Positions 11,909-23,711 of a stretch of 64,000 nucleotides of DNA are shown here, one piece after another. This DNA comes from Pyrinomonadaceae bacterium (GTDB taxonomy: Bacteria; Acidobacteriota; Blastocatellia; Pyrinomonadales; Pyrinomonadaceae), in contig JBKBYA010000005.1 of assembly GCA_046313635.1 (NCBI GenBank), forward strand, positions 125,483-189,482, in the 5' to 3' direction. The number at the start of each line of letters is the position of its first letter. The first letter of the stretch is position 1. Below the pieces are notes generated by a model that saw only the letters and a program-made list of their open reading frames with translations, ran no database searches and was not told the origin of the DNA. The translations under genes and the position numbers were made by a program.

Positions 11909-12847
11909 ATGTCACTTACTCTTGGTCAGAAATTGCGGCAGGCCCGCGAGGCGCGAGGTATATCCGTCAGCGAGGTCGCGGAGCAGACGCGCATCTCCCC
12001 GCACTATATCGACTCGATCGAGAATGACGATTACAAGACGCTGCCCGGCGGCATCTTTAACAAGGGCTTCGTCAAGTCGTACGCAAGGTTTATCGGTTTT
12101 GACGAGCAGGAGGCCCTGGCCGATTATTCGCGGATGATGAACCAATCCGGTGAGGGCTCCGAGGCGGACGGCCCGCGGGTCTATCGACCCGAAGTGCTGA
12201 CCGACGATCATTACTCTTCATCGCGACTGCCGTCGCTGATCCTCGCCGCGGTCATCCTCGCATTGATGACCGTGGGCGTTCTCTACCTCGTCAGCTACCT
12301 TCAGAATCGATCGGAGACCTCGGACGCGACCAACACCGCCGCTCCGACGCCGGCCCCGGCCGCGTCGCCCTCGGGCACGGCCGATGCGGCAGAATCTCGA
12401 AGCGAATCTCCGTCGATGGGCAGCATCAAGGTGAGGTTCAGCGTTTCGGGCGACGTGTACCTGACGGCGACCAACGACGGCAAGCGTTCGGAGATCCTCG
12501 TGCGGCCGGACGCACCCGCGGAGTATGAGCCGAAGCAGTCGCTCGCACTGCGATTTCACGGCTCGCGCGCCGGCTCGGTAAATCTCACGATCAACGACAG
12601 ACCGATCGCGCTGCCTGCGGGCGATGTGTCCAAGGGTCTCGTATCGCTGCTTATCGATGCGTCGACGCTGCCCGCTATCTGGCAGTCGGGTCGGATCGAA
12701 GCGGCGGCGAATGCCGCGCCGGCCGTCAACGCTGTGGGCCCCGCGGCATCGTCGAGGACCGCCGCTGCGCCGAGACCACGACCTGGAGTATCTCCATCGC
12801 CGGCTCGTCCGACGGCGTCACCGGCGGCGTCGCCGCGGCCGCGTTGA
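11909..12847 (+). CDS. RodZ-like protein (HTH, TM, periplasmic domain)
   Basis: LGQKLRQAREARG...TRI...LPGGIFNKGFVKSYA HTH, single TM, beta-rich C-terminal domain. Confidence 0.8.
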   Translation: MSLTLGQKLRQAREARGISVSEVAEQTRISPHYIDSIENDDYKTLPGGIFNKGFVKSYARFIGFDEQEALADYSRMMNQSGEGSEADGPRVYRPEVLTDDHYSSSRLPSLILAAVILALMTVGVLYLVSYLQNRSETSDATNTAAPTPAPAASPSGTADAAESRSESPSMGSIKVRFSVSGDVYLTATNDGKRSEILVRPDAPAEYEPKQSLALRFHGSRAGSVNLTINDRPIALPAGDVSKGLVSLLIDASTLPAIWQSGRIEAAANAAPAVNAVGPAASSRTAAAPRPRPGVSPSPARPTASPAASPRPR

Positions 12848-12913
12848 GCGACCGCCGACATTGAAATAAAAAATTTTCCCTGCCCGCCGGATCGTCCGCG
12901 GGCATTTTGTTAA

Positions 12914-14395
<1,482 letters not shown>

Positions 14396-14423
14396 TCAAA
14401 GACGGGTTCTGCGCCGCTATTTA

Positions 14424-16346
14424 TTACTGCCCCAATTTCTCGCTGCACTCGGCCCATTCGGCGTAGAGGCCTTGGATGCGGTTTTCAAGCTTCTTCAATT
14501 CATCAGCCGCCGAAGCGAGCTGTTTGTGATCGGCGGCTACTGCCGGGTCCGCGATCCTGGCCGACAGTTCTGACGCTTCGTCCTCGAGCTGCGGGATCAT
14601 CATCTCGATCTCGGCGATCCGCGATTCGAGCCGCAGTCTTTGATTCTTCGACAGCGACGAGACCGCCTTTAAAGGCGAGGGCTCATGCGCCGCCGGTTCC
14701 GCAGCCGGCGGTCTCGACGCCTCTTCCATTGCATCGCCCGCCGCCTCTTTTTGCTTTCGCTGTTTCCAATCGTGAAATTCGGTGTAGTTGCCCGCGTACG
14801 TTTCGACGCGGCCGTCGTCCTCAAAAGCAAGTATCTGATCGGCGATGCGGTCGAGAAAGAAGCGATCGTGGCTCACAGTTATGATCGTGCCGTCGTACTC
14901 GTCGAGTGCGGCCTCGAGCGCTTCGCGGGCTGGGATGTCGAGGTGATTTGTCGGCTCGTCCAGGACCAGGACGTTCTTCCGCGAGTAGATCAGCTTCGCG
15001 AGCGAAAGGCGTCCCTTTTCGCCGCCGGAGAGCTCGCCGACGCGCTTGAAAACGTCTTCGCCAAAGAACAAGAACCTCGCGAGGAACGAACGCAATTCGC
15101 CGCCGTCGGCCAGCGGTGCGACGCGGCGGAGCTCTTGAATGACCTCGTTGGCCGGCACGAGGTCCTCCAGATTTTGCGAGTAGTAGCCGATATCGACCTT
15201 GGTCCCCCACATTATCTTGCCGCCGAGCTCGCGCACGTCGCCGAGGATCGTTTTGAGAAACGTCGTCTTGCCCGTCCCGTTGCCGCCGATGATGCCGAGC
15301 GCTTCGCCGCGGTGAACGACGAGCGAGATACCCGACGCAAGCCGGCGTTCGCCGTAGCCGATCTCGAGATCCTCGGTCGTAAGGACGTTGCTGCCGGTAC
15401 GCTCGACCTTTTTTAGTCCAAAACTGCCGCCGTGCTTTTCGGACGCGACCGCTTCGACGCGGTCCATTCGCTCGAGCATATTGCGGCGCGATTTGGCCTG
15501 CTTGGTCTTTTGACCCTCGATATTGCGTCGGATGAACTCTTCGGTCTTTGCGATCAGCGCCTGCTGATTCTCGAAAGCGCGCTGCTGCTGCTCGCGGCGA
15601 AACTCGCGCTCGACCAGGTAGTCGGAATAGTTGCCCTTGTAGAGCACCGCGCGGCCGTTCTCGATCTCGATCACACGATTGGTCGTGCGGTCGAGGAAGT
15701 ATCGATCGTGACTGATGACGACGTAAGAGCCGCTGTAAGAATTGAGAAAATTCTCGAGCCACTCGACGGCCTCGACATCGAGATGATTTGTCGGCTCGTC
15801 CAGCAGCAGAACGTCCGGCGACGAGAGCAGCAGCCTGACCATCCCGAGACGATTCTTTTGACCGCCGGAGAGCGACGACGTGTCGGCCGTCCACGATTCT
15901 CGTGAAAATCCGAGTCCCATAAGGATCGCCTCGGCACGCGCAGCGTATGTAAAGCCGTCGGCCTGCTCGTATGCGATCTGAAGGTCGGCGTAGCGGTCGA
16001 GCACCGCTTCGCTGGCGTCGGTCTCCATCTGCTTTTCGAGCCGCCGCATCTCGGCCTCGATATCGTGGACCTCCTTAAAGGCCGACAGTGCCGCCGTGTG
16101 CACGGTCTCGCCCGCGCCGAAATCAACGTGCTGCGCGAGCAGGCCGAGCTTGAGGCCGCTCATCTTGAGCACGTCGCCCGAGTCGGCCGATTCGGCCCCG
16201 GTGACGATGCGAAAGAGCGTCGTCTTGCCGGTGCCGTTGCGACCTACCAGACCTACCTTGTCGCCCGGATTGATCTGGAAGGATATCCCGCGCAGGACCT
16301 CATGACCGCCGTAGGATTTTGTGACTTCCGAGACTCTGAAAAGCAT
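14424..16346 (-). CDS. ABC-F family ATP-binding protein (Uup/YheS-like)
   Basis: Two ABC domains (GRNGTGKT, LSGGQ, DEPTNHLD; GGNGTGKT, LSGGE, DEPTNHLD), no TM, C-terminal coiled coil. Confidence 0.93.
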   Translation of the reverse strand: MLFRVSEVTKSYGGHEVLRGISFQINPGDKVGLVGRNGTGKTTLFRIVTGAESADSGDVLKMSGLKLGLLAQHVDFGAGETVHTAALSAFKEVHDIEAEMRRLEKQMETDASEAVLDRYADLQIAYEQADGFTYAARAEAILMGLGFSRESWTADTSSLSGGQKNRLGMVRLLLSSPDVLLLDEPTNHLDVEAVEWLENFLNSYSGSYVVISHDRYFLDRTTNRVIEIENGRAVLYKGNYSDYLVEREFRREQQQRAFENQQALIAKTEEFIRRNIEGQKTKQAKSRRNMLERMDRVEAVASEKHGGSFGLKKVERTGSNVLTTEDLEIGYGERRLASGISLVVHRGEALGIIGGNGTGKTTFLKTILGDVRELGGKIMWGTKVDIGYYSQNLEDLVPANEVIQELRRVAPLADGGELRSFLARFLFFGEDVFKRVGELSGGEKGRLSLAKLIYSRKNVLVLDEPTNHLDIPAREALEAALDEYDGTIITVSHDRFFLDRIADQILAFEDDGRVETYAGNYTEFHDWKQRKQKEAAGDAMEEASRPPAAEPAAHEPSPLKAVSSLSKNQRLRLESRIAEIEMMIPQLEDEASELSARIADPAVAADHKQLASAADELKKLENRIQGLYAEWAECSEKLGQ

Positions 16347-16417
16347 ATAGAGTTGTAGCCGGCCGTCAGCGAAAGGTCCGCCCTGGGCCGGCTACGCGTT
16401 TTGAGAATTGCCGATGC

Positions 16418-17623
16418 TTACTTGTTGGCGACGCCGTTTGAGTTCGCCGTCGTCTTGCCGTTTGCCGAGCTGGCTGTATTCGAAGCCGCTGCATTCGCGG
16501 CCGGCGCGGTATTGGCGTTTGAAGCCGGCGAAGCTGCGGCGGCCGGGGCCGGGCGAGCTCCGCTCAGCTCGTTGGGGTTCTCGACAACCTTTTTGGCGAG
16601 GAAATTCTCGATCTTGGCCTCATTCATCGCGATCGTCTGAAATGCGGCCGCCAGGAGCTGCTTGCGGTTATTGACGAGCAGCTCGTTGATCTGCGGGCGA
16701 ACGCCAGGACTCTCGAGAGTCAAATTCTCTTCCTTTTCGACGCGCTCCTGTAGCTTGAATATGAAGTAACGGCCGCCGATATTGACCGGGCTCGTGATGC
16801 GCCCGACGGCGAACTCGGGATTCATGAAGCCCTGAGCAAGCTGCGGATAGCTCTGCTTGAGATCGTCCTCGGTAAAGTAACCGAGATCGCCGCCCTGGAA
16901 GCGGCTGGGGTCCTCGCTGAATTCGCGAGCAAGCGCCGTAAAGTCGCTCGCCGGCTGCTGGACGCGGCCGAGTATCTCCTTGACCTTCTGCTCGGCCTCG
17001 GCCTGATTGGTCGTCGTATCGCCCTCGCCCGAATTCGCCGGGTCGACGACGATGGCGGCCAGCCGAACGCCGCGCTTTTTGACGAACATCTCGGGATTGC
17101 CCTTATAGAACTTTTCGATCTCCTCGTCCTTTGGTGTTTCGATGCGGCCGGTGACCTTCTTGATCAGCTCGTTGATGGCCATTTCGCGTTTGACCTGCTC
17201 GCGGTACGACTGCTCGTTCAAACCGGCCTGGGCCATCTGTCTGCTGAACTCTTCGGCGGACATTCCGCTTTGGACCTTTCGCTGGTTGACCTCGACCGTG
17301 ATCGCTTCGTCGTTGGGCACCGTTCCTTCCTTTTCGGCCCGCTGGTACATTACCTCCTGCTCGATGAGCCCCTGAAGAACCTGCAGCCGAGCGCCGGCCA
17401 GCTCGAGCGGCGAGAGCTTGCTCTCCTGCCCTTGGGCCTGCTGCTTGACGGCGCGCTCGACGTCTTCCATCTTGATGGCCTTGCCATTGACCGTTGCTGC
17501 GGTCTCATTCGGGTCGACCGAGCCGCTCACGCCGGGATTGGACGGGCCGCCGCAAGCGGCGAGGAATGCTGCTGCCGACACCAGGATAACGACGACCGCG
17601 GATCTGAATCTGAGTTTATGCAC
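16418..17623 (-). CDS. SurA/PrsA-like parvulin peptidyl-prolyl isomerase, lipoprotein
   Basis: Lipobox FLAAC, AATVNG, FTALAREFSEDPS..QGGDLGYF; start GTG 17623 or ATG 17665. Confidence 0.85.
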   Translation of the reverse strand: MHKLRFRSAVVVILVSAAAFLAACGGPSNPGVSGSVDPNETAATVNGKAIKMEDVERAVKQQAQGQESKLSPLELAGARLQVLQGLIEQEVMYQRAEKEGTVPNDEAITVEVNQRKVQSGMSAEEFSRQMAQAGLNEQSYREQVKREMAINELIKKVTGRIETPKDEEIEKFYKGNPEMFVKKRGVRLAAIVVDPANSGEGDTTTNQAEAEQKVKEILGRVQQPASDFTALAREFSEDPSRFQGGDLGYFTEDDLKQSYPQLAQGFMNPEFAVGRITSPVNIGGRYFIFKLQERVEKEENLTLESPGVRPQINELLVNNRKQLLAAAFQTIAMNEAKIENFLAKKVVENPNELSGARPAPAAAASPASNANTAPAANAAASNTASSANGKTTANSNGVANK

Positions 17624-17668
17624 TTTGGGTTCTTCTGCTCCTTCGAACTTTTCGATTTCTAACATTAC

Positions 17669-17698
17669 TTGACTGTCTATGTACTGCTTTGGTATAAA
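17669..17698 (+). promoter_or_regulatory. Sigma70-type promoter for rpmB
   Basis: TTGACT-N18-TATAAA with extended -10 TG. Confidence 0.55.
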
Positions 17699-17765
17699 AC
17701 TTCTTTTTGAGTTTGACTCAAACTCACACCTAACGTCCCGTAGGCGGACCGGAGGCAATGATCTT

Positions 17766-17960
17766 ATGGCAAAGCGATGCGATGTTTGCGGTAAAGGACC
17801 GCAGTTTGGCAATAACGTTTCTCACGCGAACAATAAAACGCGGCGTCGGTTCGACCCGAACCTTCAGTCGGTCCGTGTGCAGCTGCCGAGCGGCGGCAAC
17901 GGCCGGATGAAAGTTTGTACCCGGTGCATCAAATCCGGAAAAGTTGTCAAAGCCGCGTAA
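17766..17960 (+). CDS. rpmB: 50S ribosomal protein L28 (Cys-containing form)
   Basis: [34 protein letters not shown]...[13 protein letters not shown] upstream. Confidence 0.97.
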   Translation: MAKRCDVCGKGPQFGNNVSHANNKTRRRFDPNLQSVRVQLPSGGNGRMKVCTRCIKSGKVVKAA

Positions 17961-18029
17961 CGTTTAAGAAACTCTTGGACCACGGAATGCCAGGTGCTCG
18001 CCGCCTGGCTTTTCGTTTTTTCGACCGAC

Positions 18030-18407
18030 TCAGGCGGTCGCAACGCACTCGATCTCGACACGCGCGTCTCGCGGCAGACGTGCTGCCTGGACTGTCGCCC
18101 GCGCCGGCTTGTTCGCTTCGAAGTATCGTCCGTAAACTTCGTTCATCGCGGCAAAGTCGTTCATATCCGCGAGAAAGACCGTCGTCTTGACGACCCTGCC
18201 GAGAGAGCTGCCCGCCGCCTCGAGAACGGCGTTCAGATTTCGCAGGACCTGCTCGGTCTGCTCGGCGACACCGCCTTCCACAAACTCGCCGGTCGCCGGA
18301 TCGATCGGGATCTGGCCCGAACAGAACACAAAATTTCCGACCTTGATCGCCTGCGAATACGGACCGATCGCTCCCGGAGCGTTATTGGTGGAGATAGCTT
18401 CGTTCAT
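18030..18407 (-). CDS. ridA: RidA family enamine/imine deaminase
   Basis: [36 protein letters not shown]...VEIE. Confidence 0.93.
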   Translation of the reverse strand: MNEAISTNNAPGAIGPYSQAIKVGNFVFCSGQIPIDPATGEFVEGGVAEQTEQVLRNLNAVLEAAGSSLGRVVKTTVFLADMNDFAAMNEVYGRYFEANKPARATVQAARLPRDARVEIECVATA

Positions 18408-18491
18408 ACCAAAGATCGTGTTTTTGATGCCCTCGAACAAAAGGCGAATTGTAGCAAACCAACCGTGAAAAGCAAAGTTTGCCGCCGGGAG

Positions 18492-20699
18492 CTAGGCGTT
18501 TATCCTCTCGACGGAGATCACGCCCGGCACGTGCTCGATAGACGTGATGACGCGATCGAGATGTTTCTTGTCATAAACCTCGATCGTCACCTCGATGAAT
18601 CCGCGGTCGTCGCGTGATACGTTTGCGGTCGCATCGCGAATGCCGGTCTTGATCTCCGCGATGGCGTTCGTGATCCCGGCGAGCATTCCGGTGCGGTTCT
18701 CGGTAGTGACGAGCAGCCTGACGGACTGTATCTCCTTGGCATCGCTCTTGGCCCATTCGACCTCAACGATGCGGTCTCGATTAACCATCAGCTGGGAAAC
18801 ATTTTTGCACCGCCGGCTGTGCACGACGATCCCTTTGCCGAGTGAAATGTAACCGATTATGTCCTCGCCTCTCAGCGGGTTGCAGCAGCGGGCACGAGTG
18901 GTCAGCAGGTTGTCGACGCCCTTGACGACGATCGCGTCCTCGCCGAGACCGATCAACTTCTTGACCGCCTTGACCCCGGTCGAAATACGCGTCTCCTTTC
19001 GTTTGTCCGGGTCGAGCTCCTCAAATTTTTCGCTGCCAAGGAATTTCGCGATGACGTTTCTGGGCAGCGTCTTGCCGTATCCGATCGAGGCCAGCAGATC
19101 CTCGCCGCGGCTCAGACCGTAATCGTTCGCGATACGCTTGAGTTCGTCGTCGTTGTTGAGCAGTTTTTTCGGCGCGACATGGAATCGTTCGGCCTCTTTT
19201 TCAAGCAAGCGGCGGCCGATCTCGATCGACTCCTCGCGCTGCTGCGCGGCGATGAAGTGGCGGATACGACTTCGAGCGCGGGCCGTGATCACGTGGTTAA
19301 GCCAATCACGCGACGGCTTTGAATTAGCCGTCGTAAGTATCTCGACGACATCGCCGTTCTGTATCTCCGTCTTGATCGGCACCATCCGGCCGTTTATCTT
19401 GGCACCTGTACATGTATCGCCCACTTCGGAGTGGATGGCATACGCAAAATCTATCGGCGTCGCCCCACGCGGAAGCTGAATGACCTTGCCCATCGGCGTG
19501 AAGGCATAAACGTCCTTTGGGAAGAGATCGAGCTTCAACGACTCGATAAAGTCCTCCGAGTCCTCATTGGCCTCCGTACTTTCGACAAGCGGAAGGAGAA
19601 GCTTCTCGACCGTGCGGCGAAGGTCGTCGAGATGCTTGTCCTCATCCTGCGCCCCGAGTTTGCGCTCTTTATATTTCCAGTGAGCGGCGACGCCTTCTTC
19701 GGCGATCTGGTGCATCTCCTCGGTACGGATCTGCACTTCGAAGGGCTGCCCTGTCTCGCTGATCACAGAGGTGTGCAGAGACTGATAGAGATTGTCGCGC
19801 GGGATCGCGATCCAGTCTTTGAAGCGTTCCGGGACGGGGGTCCATATATCGTGTATCACGCTCAGAGCTAGATAGCAGTACTTTCGATCGTTCGGCGTGA
19901 TGATCCTTGCGGCGATGAGGTCATAGACCTGCTCGATCATGATCTTTTGCTTTCGGAGCTTTTTCCAGAGCGAGTAGAGACGCTTTACCCGGCTCTGTAT
20001 CTCGACAAAAGGTACGCCGTTCTCGTTTAGTTTCTGCTCGATCGTTCGCTTGATGCGCTGAAGGTTGGCCTCGAGTTCCGGCCGGCGAGACTCGACCTCT
20101 CTCGAGAGCCGGCGATAATCTTCGGGATAGAGATTCTGAAACGCAAGGTCTTCGAGCTCGCCGCGGACCTTACCCATACCGAGGCGGTGGGCGATCGGTG
20201 CGTAGATGTCGAGGGTCTCCTGCGAGATGCGGGCCCGCTTCTCAGGGCTGAGAAACTGCATCGTCCGCATGTTATGCAGACGGTCCGCAAGCTTTATCAA
20301 TACCACCCGCACGTCCGTCACCATGGCGAGCACCATCTTACGGACGTTCTCGGCCTGCTGCTTTGCCTTTGACAGATCGCTGATGTGAGCGATCTTGGTC
20401 AGGCCGTCGACAAGCAGCGTGATCTCGTCGCCGAAGTACGAACGCAAGGTCTCGAGATCGACAAGCGTGTCCTCCACGACGTCGTGCAGCAGCCCGGTCG
20501 ATACGCTGACGTCGTCAAGACGCATGTCGGCCAGGATGTTTGCAACCTCGAGGGGGTGAACGAGGTACGGCTCGCCCGACGCGCGGGTCTGGCCTCGGTG
20601 ATGGAGCGCGGAGAACAGATACGCGCGACGGATAAGATCGACGTTCGCCCCGGGGCGGTTCGCCTCAACCTTGTTGATTATGTCCTCGATCCGGATCAT
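18492..20699 (-). CDS. rel: Bifunctional (p)ppGpp synthetase/hydrolase
   Basis: HRGQTRASGEPY, intact HDVVED, KLADRLHNMRT, RFKD, YQSLHT, TGS domain, CC..P zinc motif, ACT domain. Confidence 0.96.
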   Translation of the reverse strand: MIRIEDIINKVEANRPGANVDLIRRAYLFSALHHRGQTRASGEPYLVHPLEVANILADMRLDDVSVSTGLLHDVVEDTLVDLETLRSYFGDEITLLVDGLTKIAHISDLSKAKQQAENVRKMVLAMVTDVRVVLIKLADRLHNMRTMQFLSPEKRARISQETLDIYAPIAHRLGMGKVRGELEDLAFQNLYPEDYRRLSREVESRRPELEANLQRIKRTIEQKLNENGVPFVEIQSRVKRLYSLWKKLRKQKIMIEQVYDLIAARIITPNDRKYCYLALSVIHDIWTPVPERFKDWIAIPRDNLYQSLHTSVISETGQPFEVQIRTEEMHQIAEEGVAAHWKYKERKLGAQDEDKHLDDLRRTVEKLLLPLVESTEANEDSEDFIESLKLDLFPKDVYAFTPMGKVIQLPRGATPIDFAYAIHSEVGDTCTGAKINGRMVPIKTEIQNGDVVEILTTANSKPSRDWLNHVITARARSRIRHFIAAQQREESIEIGRRLLEKEAERFHVAPKKLLNNDDELKRIANDYGLSRGEDLLASIGYGKTLPRNVIAKFLGSEKFEELDPDKRKETRISTGVKAVKKLIGLGEDAIVVKGVDNLLTTRARCCNPLRGEDIIGYISLGKGIVVHSRRCKNVSQLMVNRDRIVEVEWAKSDAKEIQSVRLLVTTENRTGMLAGITNAIAEIKTGIRDATANVSRDDRGFIEVTIEVYDKKHLDRVITSIEHVPGVISVERINA

Positions 20700-20799
20700 C
20701 TCTCGCTTGAGCACCAAGCGCCTGCTCAGATTCTATCTGTTCGACTTTCGAAGCTGAAATATCTAATGTCGCCCACGGGGCGCAACTTTCACCGACATA

Positions 20800-20838
20800 A
20801 AAAGGTGATGCCTGAAATGCTAGATCAGGCATCACCTC
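20800..20838 (-). terminator. Intrinsic terminator of the tonB-exbBD operon
   Basis: 13-bp stem AGGTGATGCCTGA/TCAGGCATCACCT followed by a U-run on the minus strand. Confidence 0.75.
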
Positions 20839-20862
20839 TGGGAACGATATCAGCGACGAGCT

Positions 20863-21834
20863 CTATTTGGCCTTATTCGCCGCCGCTGCAGGATTTTGTT
20901 CCGCTTCCTTGGCCGCGGCACGGGCGTCGATCTCGTTCTGGATCTCTTTGGTCTTTTCGCTCAGCTCCAGAAAGGCTGCTTTAGCCGTTTCCGATTCGGT
21001 CTTCAGACGGTCACGGTCGGGGATACGACCTTCCATCTCGGCCAGGCGCATCGCCTGCACGAGCAGACTAGCCTTGTACGAGCGGGCGGACTCAAAGACA
21101 CGCAGCAGATCGAGGGTCTTGCGAAGCTCGTCGTCAGAGAGCCCCTTGACGTCGATATTCTTTGCCGTCTTTACGCGGTCCGGCTCGAGCGAAAGGGCTT
21201 GATCGATCAGTGAATTTCCCTGTTCGACACACTGCTTCAGCTGTTGGTAATCCGCTTCGTTCGCCGGCTTAACAAACTGAAAGATCTGTTTGCCGTCTTT
21301 GGTGATGGTCTTTTTGGTCTGCTCCGTATCGGTGATATCGTTGGCACAGGTGTTCTGTTTTGCCGATAGCGACACCAGAGCCTCCGCGCGGTGCTGCGGC
21401 TCGATCTGATCGTTCTTTGACCTCTCGGTCACCCAGTTCTGCCATTCGTCGGTCCGCTGAAGATTTTCGAGCAGACTGGCAATGGCTTTGTAAGAACTCT
21501 GATCGTTCTTGTCGAAGGACAGCGCCTTTTTATACTCCTGGATTGCCTCTTCGGCCTTGGCGGTGTTCTTCCTATCTCCTATGTACTCCGAATGGAGCGT
21601 ACGGGCCAGAAACAACTGAGCGGTACGCCCCTCGACGGTCTCGCCGTTCGGGTCGCGGCTGACCGCGTCTCTGAACAACTGTTCCGCTTCCTGAAACCGC
21701 CGTTCCTTATAATCCTTTGAGCCGTCGACCAGAGCTTTTCTGGCCATGACCCGGTTATAGAATGAGCAGCTTGTACCGAGCGAAACGGTGACCGCCACCA
21801 ATACAAGTGCTCCTAAACGAGAGAATCGCATCAT
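20863..21834 (-). CDS. TPR-containing exported protein, probable lipoprotein
   Basis: Signal with LGTSC; TPR-like helices (AEQLFRDAV, AIQEYKKAL). Confidence 0.75.
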   Translation of the reverse strand: MMRFSRLGALVLVAVTVSLGTSCSFYNRVMARKALVDGSKDYKERRFQEAEQLFRDAVSRDPNGETVEGRTAQLFLARTLHSEYIGDRKNTAKAEEAIQEYKKALSFDKNDQSSYKAIASLLENLQRTDEWQNWVTERSKNDQIEPQHRAEALVSLSAKQNTCANDITDTEQTKKTITKDGKQIFQFVKPANEADYQQLKQCVEQGNSLIDQALSLEPDRVKTAKNIDVKGLSDDELRKTLDLLRVFESARSYKASLLVQAMRLAEMEGRIPDRDRLKTESETAKAAFLELSEKTKEIQNEIDARAAAKEAEQNPAAAANKAK

Positions 21835-21898
21835 TTGACTCCATTAAAGGCCCGAACCGCGGCCGCCGTCGAGCCGCTGTCGCGTACATGCGGGCTGA

Positions 21899-22372
21899 TT
21901 ATTCTGATAGATCGTCTATCTGCAAACCGATCGGCTGGGCACCCGCGATCTTAGCGGCATCGATCACCTTGACGACGTCGCCGTAGCGAACTGTCTTGGG
22001 CGATTTGATGAAGATGGTCTTTTCGACCTCGTTAGTGCCCTCGCGAAACACGCCGTTGTTCTCGCGGGTCTTAAAGATCTCGCGCAGCTTGTTCGTGAGC
22101 GGCTCGGCGTCATCCACGCTCCCGGCCGGCTCGTTGTTGAGCGTTACGGCCCGGGTCTCGCGATTTATGCTGACGACGAGCGTGAGCGGATTAGGTTTGA
22201 CCTCGATGTTCTGCTGCTGCTTCGGCTCGGCCGGCACCTTAGCCTCGAATCTCGACGGCTTGAGCGGCGAGATGACCATAAAGATGATCAGCAGTACAAG
22301 CAGAACGTCAATGAGCGGCGTCACGTTGATGTTCGGCTTTGCTCCGTCCGAACTACCGGTAGACATTCCCAT
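21899..22372 (-). CDS. exbD: ExbD/TolR family protein
   Basis: [28 protein letters not shown]. Confidence 0.92.
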   Translation of the reverse strand: MGMSTGSSDGAKPNINVTPLIDVLLVLLIIFMVISPLKPSRFEAKVPAEPKQQQNIEVKPNPLTLVVSINRETRAVTLNNEPAGSVDDAEPLTNKLREIFKTRENNGVFREGTNEVEKTIFIKSPKTVRYGDVVKVIDAAKIAGAQPIGLQIDDLSE

Positions 22373-22415
22373 AAACTGTTATTACTCCCATAAGAGCTGA
22401 ACTCCCCGACGGAGC

Positions 22416-22862
22416 TCAGCTTTGCGGTTGTTCACCACCCTTTTTCTTGTCGGCGACGAGCCCGATCTTGTCGATATCCTGTTTTCGGATCGTGTCGATG
22501 GCCTGCACCACTCGTCCGTAGTCGACGTCGACGCCGCTCTTGATGTAAACGATCCGCTTGTCAGGCGTCTTGTTCTCCATCAGCTTCTTGATCTTTTCAC
22601 CAAGTGCGTCGAGCGGGTACTGCTCTTTGCCGATGTAAAAGTTATTATTGTCCGGAATAGCGACGACGACCGACGTGTCTTTGGCGATATCGTCATCCCG
22701 GTCCGGGCTGACCATATCCCTTGGCAGGTTCACAGACACACCTTGCTGCAGCAGCGGCGTCACGATCATGAAGATGATCAGCAGCACCAGCATGATGTCG
22801 ACCATCGGTGTGACGTTGATCTCCGAATTATATTCGTCGCCGCCGCCGATTTGCATTCCCAT
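22416..22862 (-). CDS. exbD: ExbD/TolR family protein
   Basis: [29 protein letters not shown]. Confidence 0.92.
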   Translation of the reverse strand: MGMQIGGGDEYNSEINVTPMVDIMLVLLIIFMIVTPLLQQGVSVNLPRDMVSPDRDDDIAKDTSVVVAIPDNNNFYIGKEQYPLDALGEKIKKLMENKTPDKRIVYIKSGVDVDYGRVVQAIDTIRKQDIDKIGLVADKKKGGEQPQS

Positions 22863-22903
22863 GGCGAATCTTCTCCTTTTACTCTAATGCGTGCGGTCCG
22901 CTT

Positions 22904-23614
22904 TTATCCGCGGAGCTGCTTCGAGCGCTGCTTGATGAAGTAATCAACGAGTTCCGAAGCGGAGTTTTCCATTTCGACGCCGAAGCTCGTCACCTTGTTC
23001 GTGAAGTAGTTAAAGAGCCAAACCGCCGGAACTGCTACGAGGATGCCGAATGCCGTGGCGACGAGGGCCTCTGCGATAGCTCCGCCGACCGCGCCGATAC
23101 CGGCTGACTCGTTGGCCTTCAACGCCTGGAACGCGCCGATGATGCCGACGACCGTTCCGAAGAGACCGACGAACGGCGCCGTGGATCCGACAGTGGCCAA
23201 TCCCGAAAGACCTCGCTTCAACTCGGCCGTCTTGACCGCGATCGCACGCTCGAGCGCACGCTTTGAAGCTTCCATTTCGTCGGCCGAGATGTCCGTATTG
23301 CCTTCGTGTGCCTTGAACTCCTTAAGGCCCGACGAGACGACCATCGCGAGGTGGGAATCCTTATGACCGTCGCTGATCGAGATCGCGTCGTCAATGTTGC
23401 TGTTCTTAAGAGCCTGAGCGACCTTGGGCGCGTACTGCCTCGACTGGGCCTTGGCCTTGTTGTAGGTGAGCCAGCGTTCGATGCCCACGGCGATCATATA
23501 AACGGACTGGATCAGGAGCGTGATGATTACGCCCCAGCCGGGTATCGTCAAGCTCTTGGCGATATCGTAGATGCCGAACGAAATTCCCTCGCCGGCCAAC
23601 ATCAAAAGGGTCAT
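22904..23614 (-). CDS. exbB: MotA/TolQ/ExbB proton channel protein
   Basis: LATVGSTAPFVGLFGTVVGI, IAEALVATAFG; GGAGG SD. Confidence 0.93.
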   Translation of the reverse strand: MTLLMLAGEGISFGIYDIAKSLTIPGWGVIITLLIQSVYMIAVGIERWLTYNKAKAQSRQYAPKVAQALKNSNIDDAISISDGHKDSHLAMVVSSGLKEFKAHEGNTDISADEMEASKRALERAIAVKTAELKRGLSGLATVGSTAPFVGLFGTVVGIIGAFQALKANESAGIGAVGGAIAEALVATAFGILVAVPAVWLFNYFTNKVTSFGVEMENSASELVDYFIKQRSKQLRG

Positions 23615-23663
23615 GATTTTTCCTCCAAAGAATTCGAAAAAGAGATTTTATTAGTGCTTGGAC

Positions 23664-23701
23664 CGGACCGAGGGGCGGCGGGCGAGCCGCCCCTCGGTCC
23701 G
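23664..23701. other. Perfect 16-bp intercistronic hairpin between tonB and exbB
   Basis: CGGACCGAGGGGCGGC-gggcga-GCCGCCCCTCGGTCCG; no U-tract. Confidence 0.8.
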
Positions 23702-23711
23702 AATCACAGTC